Notes: a model not told the origin generated them from the letters alone. DNA of 64,000 nt from Piromyces finnis finn (GCA_002104945.1 MCFH01000014.1:682001-746000), one strand, 5' to 3'. Positions 50,875-62,700 are shown, counted from the first letter of the stretch. A program made the numbers and translations.

Positions 50875-51308
50875 TGTAATGAATACTAGAAATAACTAAA
50901 TTGTCTTAGTGGTTAGTAGCTAAGACTTTGAGTCTGAATGACACTAGTTCGAGACCTCATAGATACTATTTTAAAAAAATTATAATTTTATTTTATTTTA
51001 TTTTTAAATTTTATTTTATATGAAGATTATTGATTGGTTAAGAATTTTAAGTTGAAAAAATTTTATAAATTAATTTAAAAAATTTTTAGTATAAATACGA
51101 GTGAATTTTCCCAAATATTTTAAAGAATCGAGATTTTATTAATAAATAATTATATTATTAAACACTAACTTATTAAGTTAAATTCTATGTGTTTTTAATG
51201 ATATTTTTATAAATTAATAATTTACAGAATATTTTAAAGTGTTAATATTACTAAGTTATTTAGTAAATATTATAATTTGTTTTATTGTTAAAGACACATT
51301 TCTTTACA
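50875..51308 (+). repeat. 5' LTR of the family C chromovirus (434 bp)
   Basis: Direct repeat of 56952-57390; TATAAATA near 51091. Confidence 0.95.
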
Positions 51309-51318
51309 ATAAAATCTC
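51309..51318 (+). promoter_or_regulatory. Self-priming primer-binding site (Tf1-type)
   Basis: ATAAAATCTC directly after the LTR is the reverse complement of GAGATTTTAT at 51130-51139 inside the LTR, ~35 nt downstream of the TATA box. No TGG tRNA-type PBS. Confidence 0.7.
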
Positions 51319-52199
51319 CTTATAATATAAAAGCTTAATACCTTAGTGTTTAAGGAATTGTTATAGATAAAACTTTTAAGTTTTATTGTTGAAGCTTTTC
51401 TTTAAAGAAATATTTTTACTTAAAGTAGTAGAATTAGTACGCTTTAGAAGCGGTATATAATTCAAACTATAAAAAGTAAAAGATTAACGGGATCGAGTTT
51501 AACCTGTACAATAATTGGGTTGGCAGGCTCTGAGCTATTCTACTTTGAATAAGGAAGTAGGAGAATCCGAGGTACACCACGTACAAGACGCTGTAATAAG
51601 CAAGCTGGCGTGAGATTTATAGTTGTATACTATCTTTTGCTGTTTGATTATAGACCGGAAAATAGCCGGAAATGCCTTACTTTAATAAAATAATATTTCT
51701 TAATTAATACATTTTAAAATTAAGTTTTCTAATAAAACAATTTCTAATTTTTAATTATAATTATTAATTGTTAAGACAATTTATTAAAATTGTAATAATA
51801 TAAAATAATATTCTTTATAACTCCTTTAGCGTGAGAAGTTAAACTCTTATACATAATACTTCTACGTTCGGATAAGGTTGATATAGGGAAAGAAAACCTG
51901 TAATAATTTTTATTGCTAACAATAAGTTAGACACTAAAAAAAATTTTTACACCGTTCCTTTCTTTTATTAATTTAATTAATATTAACAATCGACTTTATA
52001 CGTGTTATCGTGAAGAGCTACGAAGGACTTATTATAAAGAATAAAACAGGTTATATATTTGATGGTTTAACACTATATAATCTGGTTTGTATTATTATTT
52101 AATAAAAAGATTTACTCAATTAATAAATATAATTAAATACTTTATTCTATTATTTTTACAAATTTATTAAAGCTTATTAAAGAAAACATCATAAGTACT

Positions 52200-55100
52200 A
52201 TGGAAGAGAACGAAAACAACCACATGGATAATAATAATATTTTCGAAAACGCAACTCTTAAGGATGGTTTTGCAGGGGATCGCAGGTATCTGAAGGGTTT
52301 CTTAGCTAAGGTGGAGCTAGTGTTTATGCTATATCCTGAACGGTATCAAGACGACGCAACCAAAATTCTCTATATAATATCAAGACTTTATGGGGACGCT
52401 ATGAACTGGGCTGCTACTCTTATAAACAACCATGATCCGTGTCTTAATAACTACCAAGCTTTTGTTGACAGATTTAAGGCTTTTTATGGTTATAACGATG
52501 CTACCTATGTTGCAAATCAAATGCTTAGAACCTTAAAACAACGCCGATTAGGAGGAATTAGAGGCTATATCTTGGAATTTAACCGCTATGCTGATGAATC
52601 AAACTGGAATGAACAAGCCAAAATGGATGCATTTATAGCTGGCCTTAATCAACAAGTTGCCGTTCGTATTTTGGAAATGTTTCCGGGTCCTAGGGATCTT
52701 CTTTCATTACAGACTATTGCTTCAAGAATCGATTCAAGATTATCTACACATCATACCTTTTTCCCTTCTGGTTCAAACAATGACCAAAACCGAAAGAAAA
52801 GATCTTTTCATCACTCTTCAAAAATAACAAAGTCCATTACAAACAGGAATAACCATGGCCCTATCTCAAACGAAGAAAAGGAAAGAAGAAAGAAAGAAAA
52901 TCTTTGTGTGTATTGTGGTGCTTCAAGTCATAAGATTAATAATTGTCCAAAAAGAAAGGATAAAGATCGTGAAAATCCTTCACTAATATCTATTCCCACA
53001 CTTATATCCGCTCCTAAAGAAGAAAACAAAACTCATAATAAAATGACAACTAAATTTAAACTTTCTTATGAACTAAATACGGATATTCTTATTGACTCAG
53101 GATCCAAACTTAATTTAATTGATGTAGATTACTGTAACGATAATAACATTCCTTATCATGATGATGGTAACCTCCCAAATATCGTTGGTATCGGTGGTCG
53201 ACAATCTCTTTTTGGAATTACATCTCCTTTGAATCTTCGCTACAAAGATCATCTCTGTCGAACACAATTCTATGTAACTGATCTACCTTATTATCCTTGT
53301 ATTCTTGGAATAGACTGGCTTAAAGAACACAATCCTTCTATCGATTTCACAAAGAACAAAATTTCATTTGTATCCGATTACTGTTATAATCGTTGTATAA
53401 CACTCTCCAATAATGTCTCTGAATTTCCTGAAGAAAGATCTGCTTTTCCTGCAATGGAAGATCCTTCCTACGAACCTCCGCATGATTCATTCGCTTACCC
53501 TATATTTGTCGATAAACAAAACATCCAATCTCAAAACGAAACTAATCGTACTTGTACTATTCTCTGTTCGGGTTCTTCAAAAAATATTAACAATTCTGTT
53601 TCTAAGAAGTCTTCTGTTAACTTTTCTACTTCGTCTCTCTCAAATCAAGAACCAACTTCTGTTTTGACTTCTTTTTCTGATTCTAATATTCATTCCAATT
53701 CTATTCTCAAATCCGATTCAAACTCTAAATCAGAACCCAATTCTTCTATTATACTTCCGGATGTTCTCTCTGACTTTGCTGATGTCTTCAATGAATCTAA
53801 TGCTGAAAAACTTCCTCCACACCGTCCATACGATTGTGAAATAAAACTCAAAGAAAATTCAAAACTGTTTTATGGACCGATTTATCCTCTAACAGAAACC
53901 GAATCAATTGCTTTAGAAGAATATATAAAAGAAAATCTCAAGAAAGGATTTATTAGAAAATCAAAATCGCCTGCGGGAGCTCCTATTCTGTTTGTACCTA
54001 AGAAAAACGGTCAACTTCGTATGTGTGTTGACTATCGCCAATTAAACTCCATAACTATTCGTGATTCTTATCCCCTTCCTCTTATACAAGATATGCTTGA
54101 ACATCTTGGAAAAGGGAAGATTTTCTCAAAATTGGATCTTCGTTCTGCCTATAACTTGGTCAGGATTAAAAGTGGTGATGAATATAAAACCGCTTTTACT
54201 TGCAAGTTAGGTCATTTTGAATACTGTGTGATGCCTTTTGGGTTGAAAAATGCACCTGCTGTTTTTCAACATTTCATTAATGATGTTCTTGAAGACGTTC
54301 TTGGTAAATTCGCTTTCTCTTACATAGATGATATTATTATTTTTTCCTCTGATTATAAATCTCATATTTCTCATGTCAAAACTGTTTTGAAACTCCTGAG
54401 GGATGCTGGGCTCTATGCTAAATTGGAAAAATGCGAGTTTTTTGTTTCTTTTATTGATTTCCTTGGTCATAGGATTTCTACTGATGGTATTCACATGGAC
54501 CCAAATAAAGTTTCTTCTATTTTAAACTGGCCTACTCCATCTAATGTTAAAGAGGTTCAATCTTTTCTTGGTCTTGCGAACTACTACCGTCGATTTATTC
54601 CAAATTTTGCAAAGATCGCTCATCCTTTGCATAAACTTTTGAAGAAAAATGTTAAATTTGTATGGTCTAAAGAAGCTCAAGATGCTTTCGATTCACTCAA
54701 GTCCTTATTTGTTTCTGCTCCTGTTCTTATATTTCCTAATCGTGAACTTCCATTCATAGTCGAAACTGATTCAAGTAACTTTGCCATTGGTGCTATTCTC
54801 TCGCAAGTCTCTCCAATTGATAATATGACCCATCCAGTTGCTTTCTTTTCTCGCTCTCTTACTGGTCCTGAACGTAATTATCCAATATATGATAAAGAGC
54901 TCTTAGCTATCGTTGCTGCCCTTAAAACATGGCGTCATCTACTTAAAGGCTCTTCTTCTACTTTTAAGATTTACTCGGATCATCGAAATTTACTCTATCA
55001 AAAGAAACCTGAAAAAATGTCTCAACGTCTTGTTCGCTGGGCTTTGTTTCTCTCTGAATTTAACTTTGTTATTATTTATCGTTCTGGTTCTTCTAACGGT

Positions 55101-56639
55101 AAGCCTGATGCTCTATCTCGTCGTCCTGATTATGCTATTAATTCGAATTCCTCTTCTGATGTTCCTTTTAATGTTCTTCGCCCTGAAAACTTTTGTGCCA
55201 TTGTGACTTCTGTTTCGTCCATTAGTGATTCTTTTCTTTCCGAATATATAAATGATGACTTTTACAATAAAACCTGTGAATATCTTGATTGTAGGAAACC
55301 TCCAATACCTCACCCTCAAATTGACAAATTTTCCTTAAGCAATAGTTTTCTCCTTTTTACTGACAGAATCTATGTTCCTCCTAATTGTCGTCTTTCAATT
55401 CTTAAACTCTGTCACGACTCTCCTTCAGCTGGTCATTTCGGAATAAAGAAAACATCTTCTCTTATTGCTAGAGACTTCTGGTGGCCTTCTATTTCTTCTG
55501 ATGTTAAAGACTACGTTCGTTCTTGTGAAGTTTGTTGTCGTTCAAAAACCTTTCGTCATAAACCTTATGGTCTTCTGAATCCTCTTGATATTGCTGAGCG
55601 TCCTTGGTCATCCATTTCAATGGATTTCATTACAGATTTGCCTTCATCTTCTGGTTTCACTTGCATTCTTGTTGTTGATCGTCTTACAAAAATGGTTCAT
55701 CTCATTCCGTTCAAAAGTATTCCTTCCGCCGCCGAAACAGCCACAGCCTTTATTGATAATATTTTCCGTTTTCATGGCCTACCTGAATCTATTGTCTCGG
55801 ATAGAGGTTCTCAATTTACCTCTAAATTCTTCCAATCCATCTGTTCCTCCCTTGGCATTGAACTTAAGTTGTCTACTCCATTTCATCATCAATCAAACGG
55901 TCAGACGGAGAGGGTGAACTCCGTTATAGAACAATATTTAAGATGTTTCTCAAATTATAAAGGTTCAAATTGGAAAAGTTTTCTTAGTCTTGCAGAATTT
56001 AGTTATAACAACGTGGTCCAAGAATCATCCAAATTTTCTCCATTCTTTTTGAATTACGGCTTTCATCCAAAATATTCACCAGTTATTCCAGACTTATCTA
56101 AAGTCCCAAGAGCAGAAGAGTTTACAAGAGATTTTAAAACTTTAATTAATACCTTAAAAGAAAATTTAAAATCTGCCATGGAAACCCAGAAGAAGCATGC
56201 TGACAAACGTAGAAAAGAAGCTCCGAATTTTAAAGTTGGTGACAAAGTTTGGCTGGATAGTTCTTTAATTATCCACAAAGGAAATAAAAAATTTAAGCCA
56301 AGAAAACTCGGCCCATACAAAATCTTGGAAAAAATATCAAATGTTACATTTAAATTAAGTCTCCCAAAATCTATTAAGATTCATCCAGTTATTCATGTAT
56401 CCAATCTCGAGAAATATGTCGAAGATAAATTTGGAAGATCTCAACCACCACCGCCACCTATTACCGTTGACAATGAAGAAGAATACGAAGTTGAAGAAAT
56501 TCTGGATAAAAGAAGACATTACGGAAAAATACAATACCTGATTAAATGGAAAGGGTATTCAATCAATGAAGCTTCGTGGGAGCCTGAAGAAAATCTAAAT
56601 TGCAAGGGGCTACTTAAAAAATTTAATAGAAAGAAATAA
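52200..56639 (+). CDS. Gag-Pol polyprotein, 1479 aa: Gag with CCHC knuckle, aspartic protease, RT, RNase H, integrase, chromodomain
   Basis: [14 protein letters not shown]; LIDSGS; [25 protein letters not shown]; [10 protein letters not shown]; [10 protein letters not shown]...C-x2-[22 protein letters not shown]; [11 protein letters not shown]...YLIKWKGY...SWEPEENL. Confidence 0.97.
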   Translation: MEENENNHMDNNNIFENATLKDGFAGDRRYLKGFLAKVELVFMLYPERYQDDATKILYIISRLYGDAMNWAATLINNHDPCLNNYQAFVDRFKAFYGYNDATYVANQMLRTLKQRRLGGIRGYILEFNRYADESNWNEQAKMDAFIAGLNQQVAVRILEMFPGPRDLLSLQTIASRIDSRLSTHHTFFPSGSNNDQNRKKRSFHHSSKITKSITNRNNHGPISNEEKERRKKENLCVYCGASSHKINNCPKRKDKDRENPSLISIPTLISAPKEENKTHNKMTTKFKLSYELNTDILIDSGSKLNLIDVDYCNDNNIPYHDDGNLPNIVGIGGRQSLFGITSPLNLRYKDHLCRTQFYVTDLPYYPCILGIDWLKEHNPSIDFTKNKISFVSDYCYNRCITLSNNVSEFPEERSAFPAMEDPSYEPPHDSFAYPIFVDKQNIQSQNETNRTCTILCSGSSKNINNSVSKKSSVNFSTSSLSNQEPTSVLTSFSDSNIHSNSILKSDSNSKSEPNSSIILPDVLSDFADVFNESNAEKLPPHRPYDCEIKLKENSKLFYGPIYPLTETESIALEEYIKENLKKGFIRKSKSPAGAPILFVPKKNGQLRMCVDYRQLNSITIRDSYPLPLIQDMLEHLGKGKIFSKLDLRSAYNLVRIKSGDEYKTAFTCKLGHFEYCVMPFGLKNAPAVFQHFINDVLEDVLGKFAFSYIDDIIIFSSDYKSHISHVKTVLKLLRDAGLYAKLEKCEFFVSFIDFLGHRISTDGIHMDPNKVSSILNWPTPSNVKEVQSFLGLANYYRRFIPNFAKIAHPLHKLLKKNVKFVWSKEAQDAFDSLKSLFVSAPVLIFPNRELPFIVETDSSNFAIGAILSQVSPIDNMTHPVAFFSRSLTGPERNYPIYDKELLAIVAALKTWRHLLKGSSSTFKIYSDHRNLLYQKKPEKMSQRLVRWALFLSEFNFVIIYRSGSSNGKPDALSRRPDYAINSNSSSDVPFNVLRPENFCAIVTSVSSISDSFLSEYINDDFYNKTCEYLDCRKPPIPHPQIDKFSLSNSFLLFTDRIYVPPNCRLSILKLCHDSPSAGHFGIKKTSSLIARDFWWPSISSDVKDYVRSCEVCCRSKTFRHKPYGLLNPLDIAERPWSSISMDFITDLPSSSGFTCILVVDRLTKMVHLIPFKSIPSAAETATAFIDNIFRFHGLPESIVSDRGSQFTSKFFQSICSSLGIELKLSTPFHHQSNGQTERVNSVIEQYLRCFSNYKGSNWKSFLSLAEFSYNNVVQESSKFSPFFLNYGFHPKYSPVIPDLSKVPRAEEFTRDFKTLINTLKENLKSAMETQKKHADKRRKEAPNFKVGDKVWLDSSLIIHKGNKKFKPRKLGPYKILEKISNVTFKLSLPKSIKIHPVIHVSNLEKYVEDKFGRSQPPPPPITVDNEEEYEVEEILDKRRHYGKIQYLIKWKGYSINEASWEPEENLNCKGLLKKFNRKK

Positions 56640-56951
56640 AAAATAGTTAAAAAATTCAAATTATATTTATTATTAATATTAAAATCACAATTATTATTAT
56701 TATCAAAACTTATTAATATCATTATCAATATCAATTTTATTATTAAACAATTTATTAATATCAAATTTATCAATATTTTATTTTTAACTTTAGTAATATT
56801 AAAAAAAAAAAAAAATGTATTTTATTATATTAAATGTATTTTTATAATTAAGAAAATTCACTCCTTAGTTTAGTTTATTAAAAAAGAAAAACATATATTT
56901 AAATATTAAAATTCTAGATTCGTCTGGTATCCGAATCCTGGAGGAGGACCA

Positions 56952-57390
56952 TGTAATGAATACTAGAAATAACTAAATTGTCTTAGTGGTTAGTAGCTAA
57001 GACTTTGAGTCTGAATGACACTAGTTCGAGACCTCATAGATACTATTTTAAAAAAATTATAATTTTATTTTATTTTATTTTATTTTTAAATTTTATTTTA
57101 TATGAAGATTATTGATTGGTTAAGAATTTTAAGTTGAAAAAATTTTATAAATTAATTTAAAAAATTTTTAGTATAAATACGAGTGAATTTTCCCAAATAT
57201 TTTAAAGAATCGAGATTTTATTAATAAATAATTATATTATTAAACACTAACTTATTAAGTTAAATTCTATGTGTTTTTAATGATATTTTTATAAATTAAT
57301 AATTTACAGAATATTTTAAAGTGTTAATATTACTAAGTTATTTAGTAAATATTATAATTTGTTTTATTGTTAAAGACACATTTCTTTACA
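56952..57390 (+). repeat. 3' LTR of the family C chromovirus (439 bp)
   Basis: Matches the 5' LTR; preceded by the PPT and followed by the TSD. Confidence 0.95.
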
Positions 57391-58376
57391 CCTAGAAAAC
57401 CTTAAATGTTATTTTAGAGACAAATTAGATGGAATTTGTTCTTGTCCAGATTCGATTTTAAACTCATTTATAGAGCTGGAAAGAAATCTGGTAAGCCTGA
57501 TATCCTGTCTCGTAGAAGTGATCATTTGGTGAATGATATTAATTCTGATGTTTCTTGTCTTACTATTTCACTTCCTAAGTCCAGAGATATGACTACACTT
57601 ATGGTTGTTGTCGATAGATTTACTAAATTTGCTCACGCCATTCCTTTACGTTGTCTTCCTACTGCTTCGATTGCTGCTGATGCTTTTATTGCTAATGTCT
57701 TCCGTTTACATAGTCTTCTTGATTCCATCATCTCTGATAAAGGCTCGCAATTTACTTCTGATTTTTGGTCAAGACTTTGTGACCTTCTTAATATCAATCA
57801 TTCATTATCAACTGCTAACCATCCGCAGACAGATGGTCAAACGTAGAGGGTGAACGGCATATTAGAGCAATATTTCCGTTGTTTTATAAATAAAAAGCAA
57901 AATAACTGGGTTGATCTTATCCCATTTGCTGAATTTGCATATAATAATATTTACAGCAATCTATAAATCAATTCCCATTCTTTGCTAATTATGGTTTTCA
58001 TCCAAAGTTCAGCTTAGAAATTCCAGCTAATGATAGACCTAGTAGAGCTGAACAAAGAGTAATTGATATTAATGAAAACTTTAAATTATTAAAAGAAAAC
58101 TTAGAAAAAGCAAAAGAAACATATAAGAAATATGCCGATATGAAAAGAATGATTCCCCCGGAATCCGAAGTGGGAAAGAAGGTATGGTTATTGAAAGATT
58201 CGCCTGGAACTAACTTAAAGAAGAAACTAGCACTTCAAATGCTTGGCCCATTTGAAATTATTGAAAAAGTTAGTTCTCTCGCTTTTAAATTGAAACTTCC
58301 AAAGATAATGAGATGCCATCCAGTTTTTCATGTTTCATTGTTAGAACCATACTTTGAAAATGAATTTAACTATAGG

Positions 58377-59164
58377 TGTAAAAGTATAAAATTTAAAACA
58401 GATTTCATACTTAAAACAAAACAATTTTTATTAACACAAAAATAAAAAAATAAAACATTAAATTTTTATTTTAAGAAAACATTTTATTTAAACTCTTAAA
58501 AATATTATTAGCTATATAATAGTTAATAATTAAAAAATTGAAAATAACAATTACATCGATTTAACAAATAAAAATTACATGTATTTATATTTTTTCATAA
58601 TTATGTTCTAATATATTATTCTATTTAAATAAACATATATTTAATATAAAATAAACAAAACTAATTTAATTAAATAATAAAATAACAGAACTAAACTAAA
58701 CTAATTCATTATACTTTTAATTCAATTTGAGTAAACTCAAAATTGAATAAAGCCCATGTATTTTCTATAAATTAATTTAATATTACCAATACTATTCTTA
58801 ATATATTTCCTATTGAAATATAAATAAATCTATTTTTAAAACTAAGTTAAAATTATTAAGCTATTCTAAATTTAAATAAAAAAGTATAATCTATTCTAAA
58901 ATTAAATAAAAAGTATTTAAAAAATATTTTAATTATTTTAAATATTTGAAATATTTAAATTTAATTAAAATTCTTTTATTCCTTAAACTTAAATATTTAT
59001 CTTAATTTAAATTTAACGGAATTATTATAAAATAATTTATTATTAAATTATTCCATAAAATTTACTCAAAAATTTTATAATCAGTTTTACTAAATATTAA
59101 TTTATTATTTAATAATTAATAATTAATTATTAAATAATCTAAAGATATATATTATATCTTTACA
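58377..59164 (-). mobile_element. Family A LTR on the minus strand, probably a 3' LTR
   Basis: Reverse complement of 47093-47844. No matching TSD (ATAGG vs ATCTC). Purine-rich AAAGGGCGAGA immediately upstream on the minus strand resembles a PPT. Confidence 0.85.
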
Positions 59165-59399
59165 ATCTCGCCCTTTAAGTCGAGCTCCTGCGAGATTATT
59201 TTCTTGAAGAAATTTAAATAACAAATGGTTACTACTTTTTCTAAATCATAACATTGTTAAAAAAATATATAAGTATTTAATTTATTTATACTCTTATTAT
59301 CATTCTTGTTACTTATACATAATTCTAATAATTTATCTAAAACTTAATCATCAAGAATCCATTTGTTTTTATATTCAGATTATGGTTATTTATAAATTG

Positions 59400-59700
59400 T
59401 TTTCTATTAACATTTTTATTTAAGTATTCAAAACAAAACATTTACTTAAGTTTCAAATTTTTATTTATTCAATTCTTCTTGATCATCATGACTTTTATAA
59501 TCTTCTTATGCATGATTAAAATTCTATTTTACAATTTTAATACTTTTTATTAATACTTATAGTAATCTGTTCAACTTTCTTTGATTTATTAGCTGAAGAA
59601 ATTTCAATATTAAATTTTAAATTAAATCCATAGTTTGTATAAAATTGAAATTGATTGATTGATTACAATAAAATATTATAAGTAGATTCCAATATAACAA
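59400..59700 (-). pseudogene. Heavily decayed integrase remnant belonging to the minus-strand element
   Basis: Minus-strand TNYGFNLKFNIEISSANKSKKVEQ resembles ANYGFHPKFSLEIPANDRPSRAEQ of the host-2 integrase (~57985-58050); many stops. Confidence 0.45.
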
Positions 59701-62514
59701 TCAATTCGATTTTATTAACCAACGGAGATATTGGAACAATATCTCGTTCACCCTCTCATTTAAATGAAAAGTCTGTGATAAAATTTATATTAAATATATC
59801 AAACAGACAATTCTAAAATTATAAAGAAAATAGCATTTAAAGAGTATTAAATGTTTTTTATTATTGTACAAGCTTTAAACCAAGTGGAACTTATTTTTTT
59901 TAAAGGTTATTATTAAGCAAATAAATATAACAAAATTCTTAGTAATAAAATATTTGTAAAAAAATTAACATTCATTAATAATAATGGAAAAACATCATTC
60001 AATAATTATATTAACTATACCACTATTTTTTTTTAATCTTATTATTAAATAAACAAAAGTGGTATCAAGTCATCAAGTAAATACTATAATTTAATTAACA
60101 AATTTATCATTTTTAGACGTTTTTAAAATACTTTTAGCATATTTATAATTCTCTTTTATTTTATAATTTATCAATATATGGTATTATAAAATTATTTCTT
60201 TTTTAAAAATTTAACAATGAATTCATAAATTTAAATATCATCAATAAAACATCACAGAATTGATATAAACATATACATAATGTTGTACTAAATATTATTA
60301 ATTATAAAGTAATTAAAATACTTCATCAAAAGCATCACTTAAAATATTAAAATAGAGCTGATACATTTTTGAATAAAAGGTATGATAATAAATTAAAAAT
60401 GCCATATAAAGATTAAAGCAATTTTAAATTCATCACCTTATTTAATTCTTACTAAGCTATTGATATATTTAAATTTAGTTTAAAAACATATTTTACTCCA
60501 TTTATCTTATTTATTGATTAAAGGAATATATGAATTTCAATAATTATATCTTTTAATTTCCTACAATCAATATATAGTAATTATAATTATCAATCTCATT
60601 ATACTTCCATTAAAAAGAATTGTATAAAGATTAAAATCTTTTTTTTTTTTCCTTTATAAAGTTCGTTTTATTAAGTACATAAAAACTATTCATTTATTAA
60701 AAACTCTTATAATTATTATACATATTACATTAATTTATATTTGTTTTATTCATTATATTTATTACATTTATCATATTTATTAACTTATTCTATTTATTAA
60801 TTTACTCTATTTATTAATTTATTCTATTTATTACATTTTATTATATTTTTTTTTCATTTGTTGTATTTATTAATTCTATTTTTTTTTTAATTATTATTAA
60901 TACTAACTATTATATTATCAAATTGTTACTATTACTAAAACTATTCCTCATTAATTTCTATTATAGCTATTTCTAATTCTACAATACTAATACATTACAA
61001 TCATATTTATTTTTTAAATTACATTTATTATAATCAAAATTATTTAGATAACATTATTTTCCATAGGACGAATGTACTTAACATTTTGTTATAATCCTCC
61101 ACAATTCAGTAATTCATTAAGTTTCTTTTTAAAACATTGGAATTTTCAAATTTATTATTTTCATTACTGAATTGTTCTTCTTTCTTGATTCTTTTTATTT
61201 TCGTTTTATTCTTTATAAAATCAAGATAAATGAAATTAAGAACAGATCTAGAATAGATTAATTTTCTAGCTCTGATTTCACTACCATCATATTATTAAGA
61301 ATAAAAAATATTACACTCATTTCTTATTATATATTTATTTAACTTTATAATTATTCAATCAAAGCTACTATATTAATTTATTCAAGTTATTTGAATCTTT
61401 TAAATATAAAACTTACTTCTTAATAAAAATATAAACTTATTAACTAGATATACAATAACTTCTTTATAATAAATTCAAATCAAATTAAATTTGTGAATTT
61501 ATTCTACAATTATAAGAAATTCTTTATTTAATTAATTTATTTTAATTTATTAAATATAAAAAACATAATTTATTTAACAACTAAATTTGTAAAACCTCCT
61601 CATATTGAATTCAAATTATTTTAATTATTTATTCTTAATCATTTGTTTAATAAATTATTTAATAAACTATTACAATCAAATTATCTTAATTTACTAAATA
61701 TAAAAATAATTTTTTTTTTAATAAATGTATAACTTTTTAAATAACTAAATTTGTATTGACTTTTGTTGATAAATTCAAATCAAATTAAAAAAGCTTTAAA
61801 TTTATATTCTAATTATTAAGAATTTTCTATTTAGTCAAATATTCAGTTATATATAATACACCTTTATATAAAAGAAGTCGACCTGACTCCATCATATCAA
61901 CTGGTGTTAGTGTAAAGATATCAAACGCCTCTGTTTGATATCTTTAATGTAACTTAAGCCACAAGTATTATTGTTTAAGTTACACAAATTATATTCAGAA
62001 AAAGAAAATGAGACATAATTTATTTATTAATAATTAAAGTTTAAAACAAAATAAATTATTAATTTATTTTTAATGTTTAACAAGTAAATTAATATTCTCA
62101 ATTTAAATCCCTAGTTTTAGTATTGTTTTTTTTATAGAAATAGATAAATAATAAATGATTAATATATCAATAATACATGGGCACATATTCAAATTAAATA
62201 GTACTTAATTTGAATTGCCAATTGTATTTTACTAAAAATAGTTATAGTTTAAATATTTATTAATAATTAAGATTTTAGTGTAGATTTTAAATAATAATAT
62301 ATAAGAAATAAATAGTTATAATATAATATAAATGTATTTAGGAAAAATATAAATAGAAGATATTTTTCATCATTTTATCGATGTAATTGTTATTATTAAA
62401 ATTCTATTATAATAAAAGATATTTTATAAAACAATTTTTTATTTTATTTTTCAAATTTTGTGTTATTGTAATAGAATAGATATCCTAATCTATTCTTTCT
62501 GTGTCGCCATTACA

Positions 62515-62525
62515 ATAACAATTAC
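62515..62525 (+). promoter_or_regulatory. Self-priming primer-binding site (11 nt)
   Basis: ATAACAATTAC is the exact reverse complement of GTAATTGTTAT at 62383-62393, ~30 nt downstream of TATAAATA (~62348). Confidence 0.75.
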
Positions 62526-62554
62526 CTAACGAAAACCAAGAATACGTTAGGGTA

Positions 62555-62700
62555 TCTACCGCCGAGTAAAAGAAGAAAAAGAAGGAATAACTACTGGGTT
62601 GAGTCTACCGCCGAGTAAAAGAAGAAAAAAGAAGGAATAACTACTGGGTTGAAATTGAATCTACCGCCGCCGAGTGGGAAGAAAGGACCAAGAATAACCA
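62555..62700 (+). repeat. ~49-bp tandem repeat (two copies plus one diverged copy) in the element leader
   Basis: TCTACCGCCGAGTAAAAGAAGAAAAAGAAGGAATAACTACTGGGTTGA at 62555 and 62604; diverged third unit at 62660. Confidence 0.9.

Larger units (their letters stand above)
50875..57390 (+). mobile_element. Intact full-length chromovirus (Ty3/Gypsy, family C)
   Basis: LTRs 50875-51308 and 56952-57390 (TG...CA) appear identical except for one extra TTTTA unit; TSD CCTAG at 50870-50874 and 57391-57395; single uninterrupted gag-pol ORF; PPT GGAGGAGGA at 56940-56948. Confidence 0.96.
47906..58376 (+). mobile_element. Fragmented Ty3/Gypsy pol (host 2), split by nested insertions
   Basis: Protease LIDSGSEL at 47944-48396 (homologous to 63730-64000); RT/RNase H 49697-50874 ([25 protein letters not shown], one in-frame stop at 50684-50686); resumes after the intact element at 57391 (PRKP...KPDILSRR); integrase to 58376. 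Assigning all pieces to one element is inference. Confidence 0.78.

Noticed and set aside
50893-50965. Calling the LTR cassette or the SINE head a functional tRNA gene
   Set aside because: Acceptor, D and T stems do not pair, so they are reported only as tRNA-like sequence.
58372-59169. Minus-strand family A LTR as a solo LTR
   Set aside because: The flanks do not form a TSD, and a PPT-like tract plus an integrase remnant lie on its upstream side, so it is better read as a 3' LTR.
59725-59745. 9-bp hairpin GAGATATTG/CAATATCTC, and 8-bp stems near 42708-42780
   Set aside because: Short stems in AT-rich or decayed retroelement DNA, with no second copy or context to support a function.
62555-62700. 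Possible CRISPR-like array
   Set aside because: The units are contiguous with no unique spacers, there are only about three, they lie in a retrotransposon leader, and no cas genes are present.
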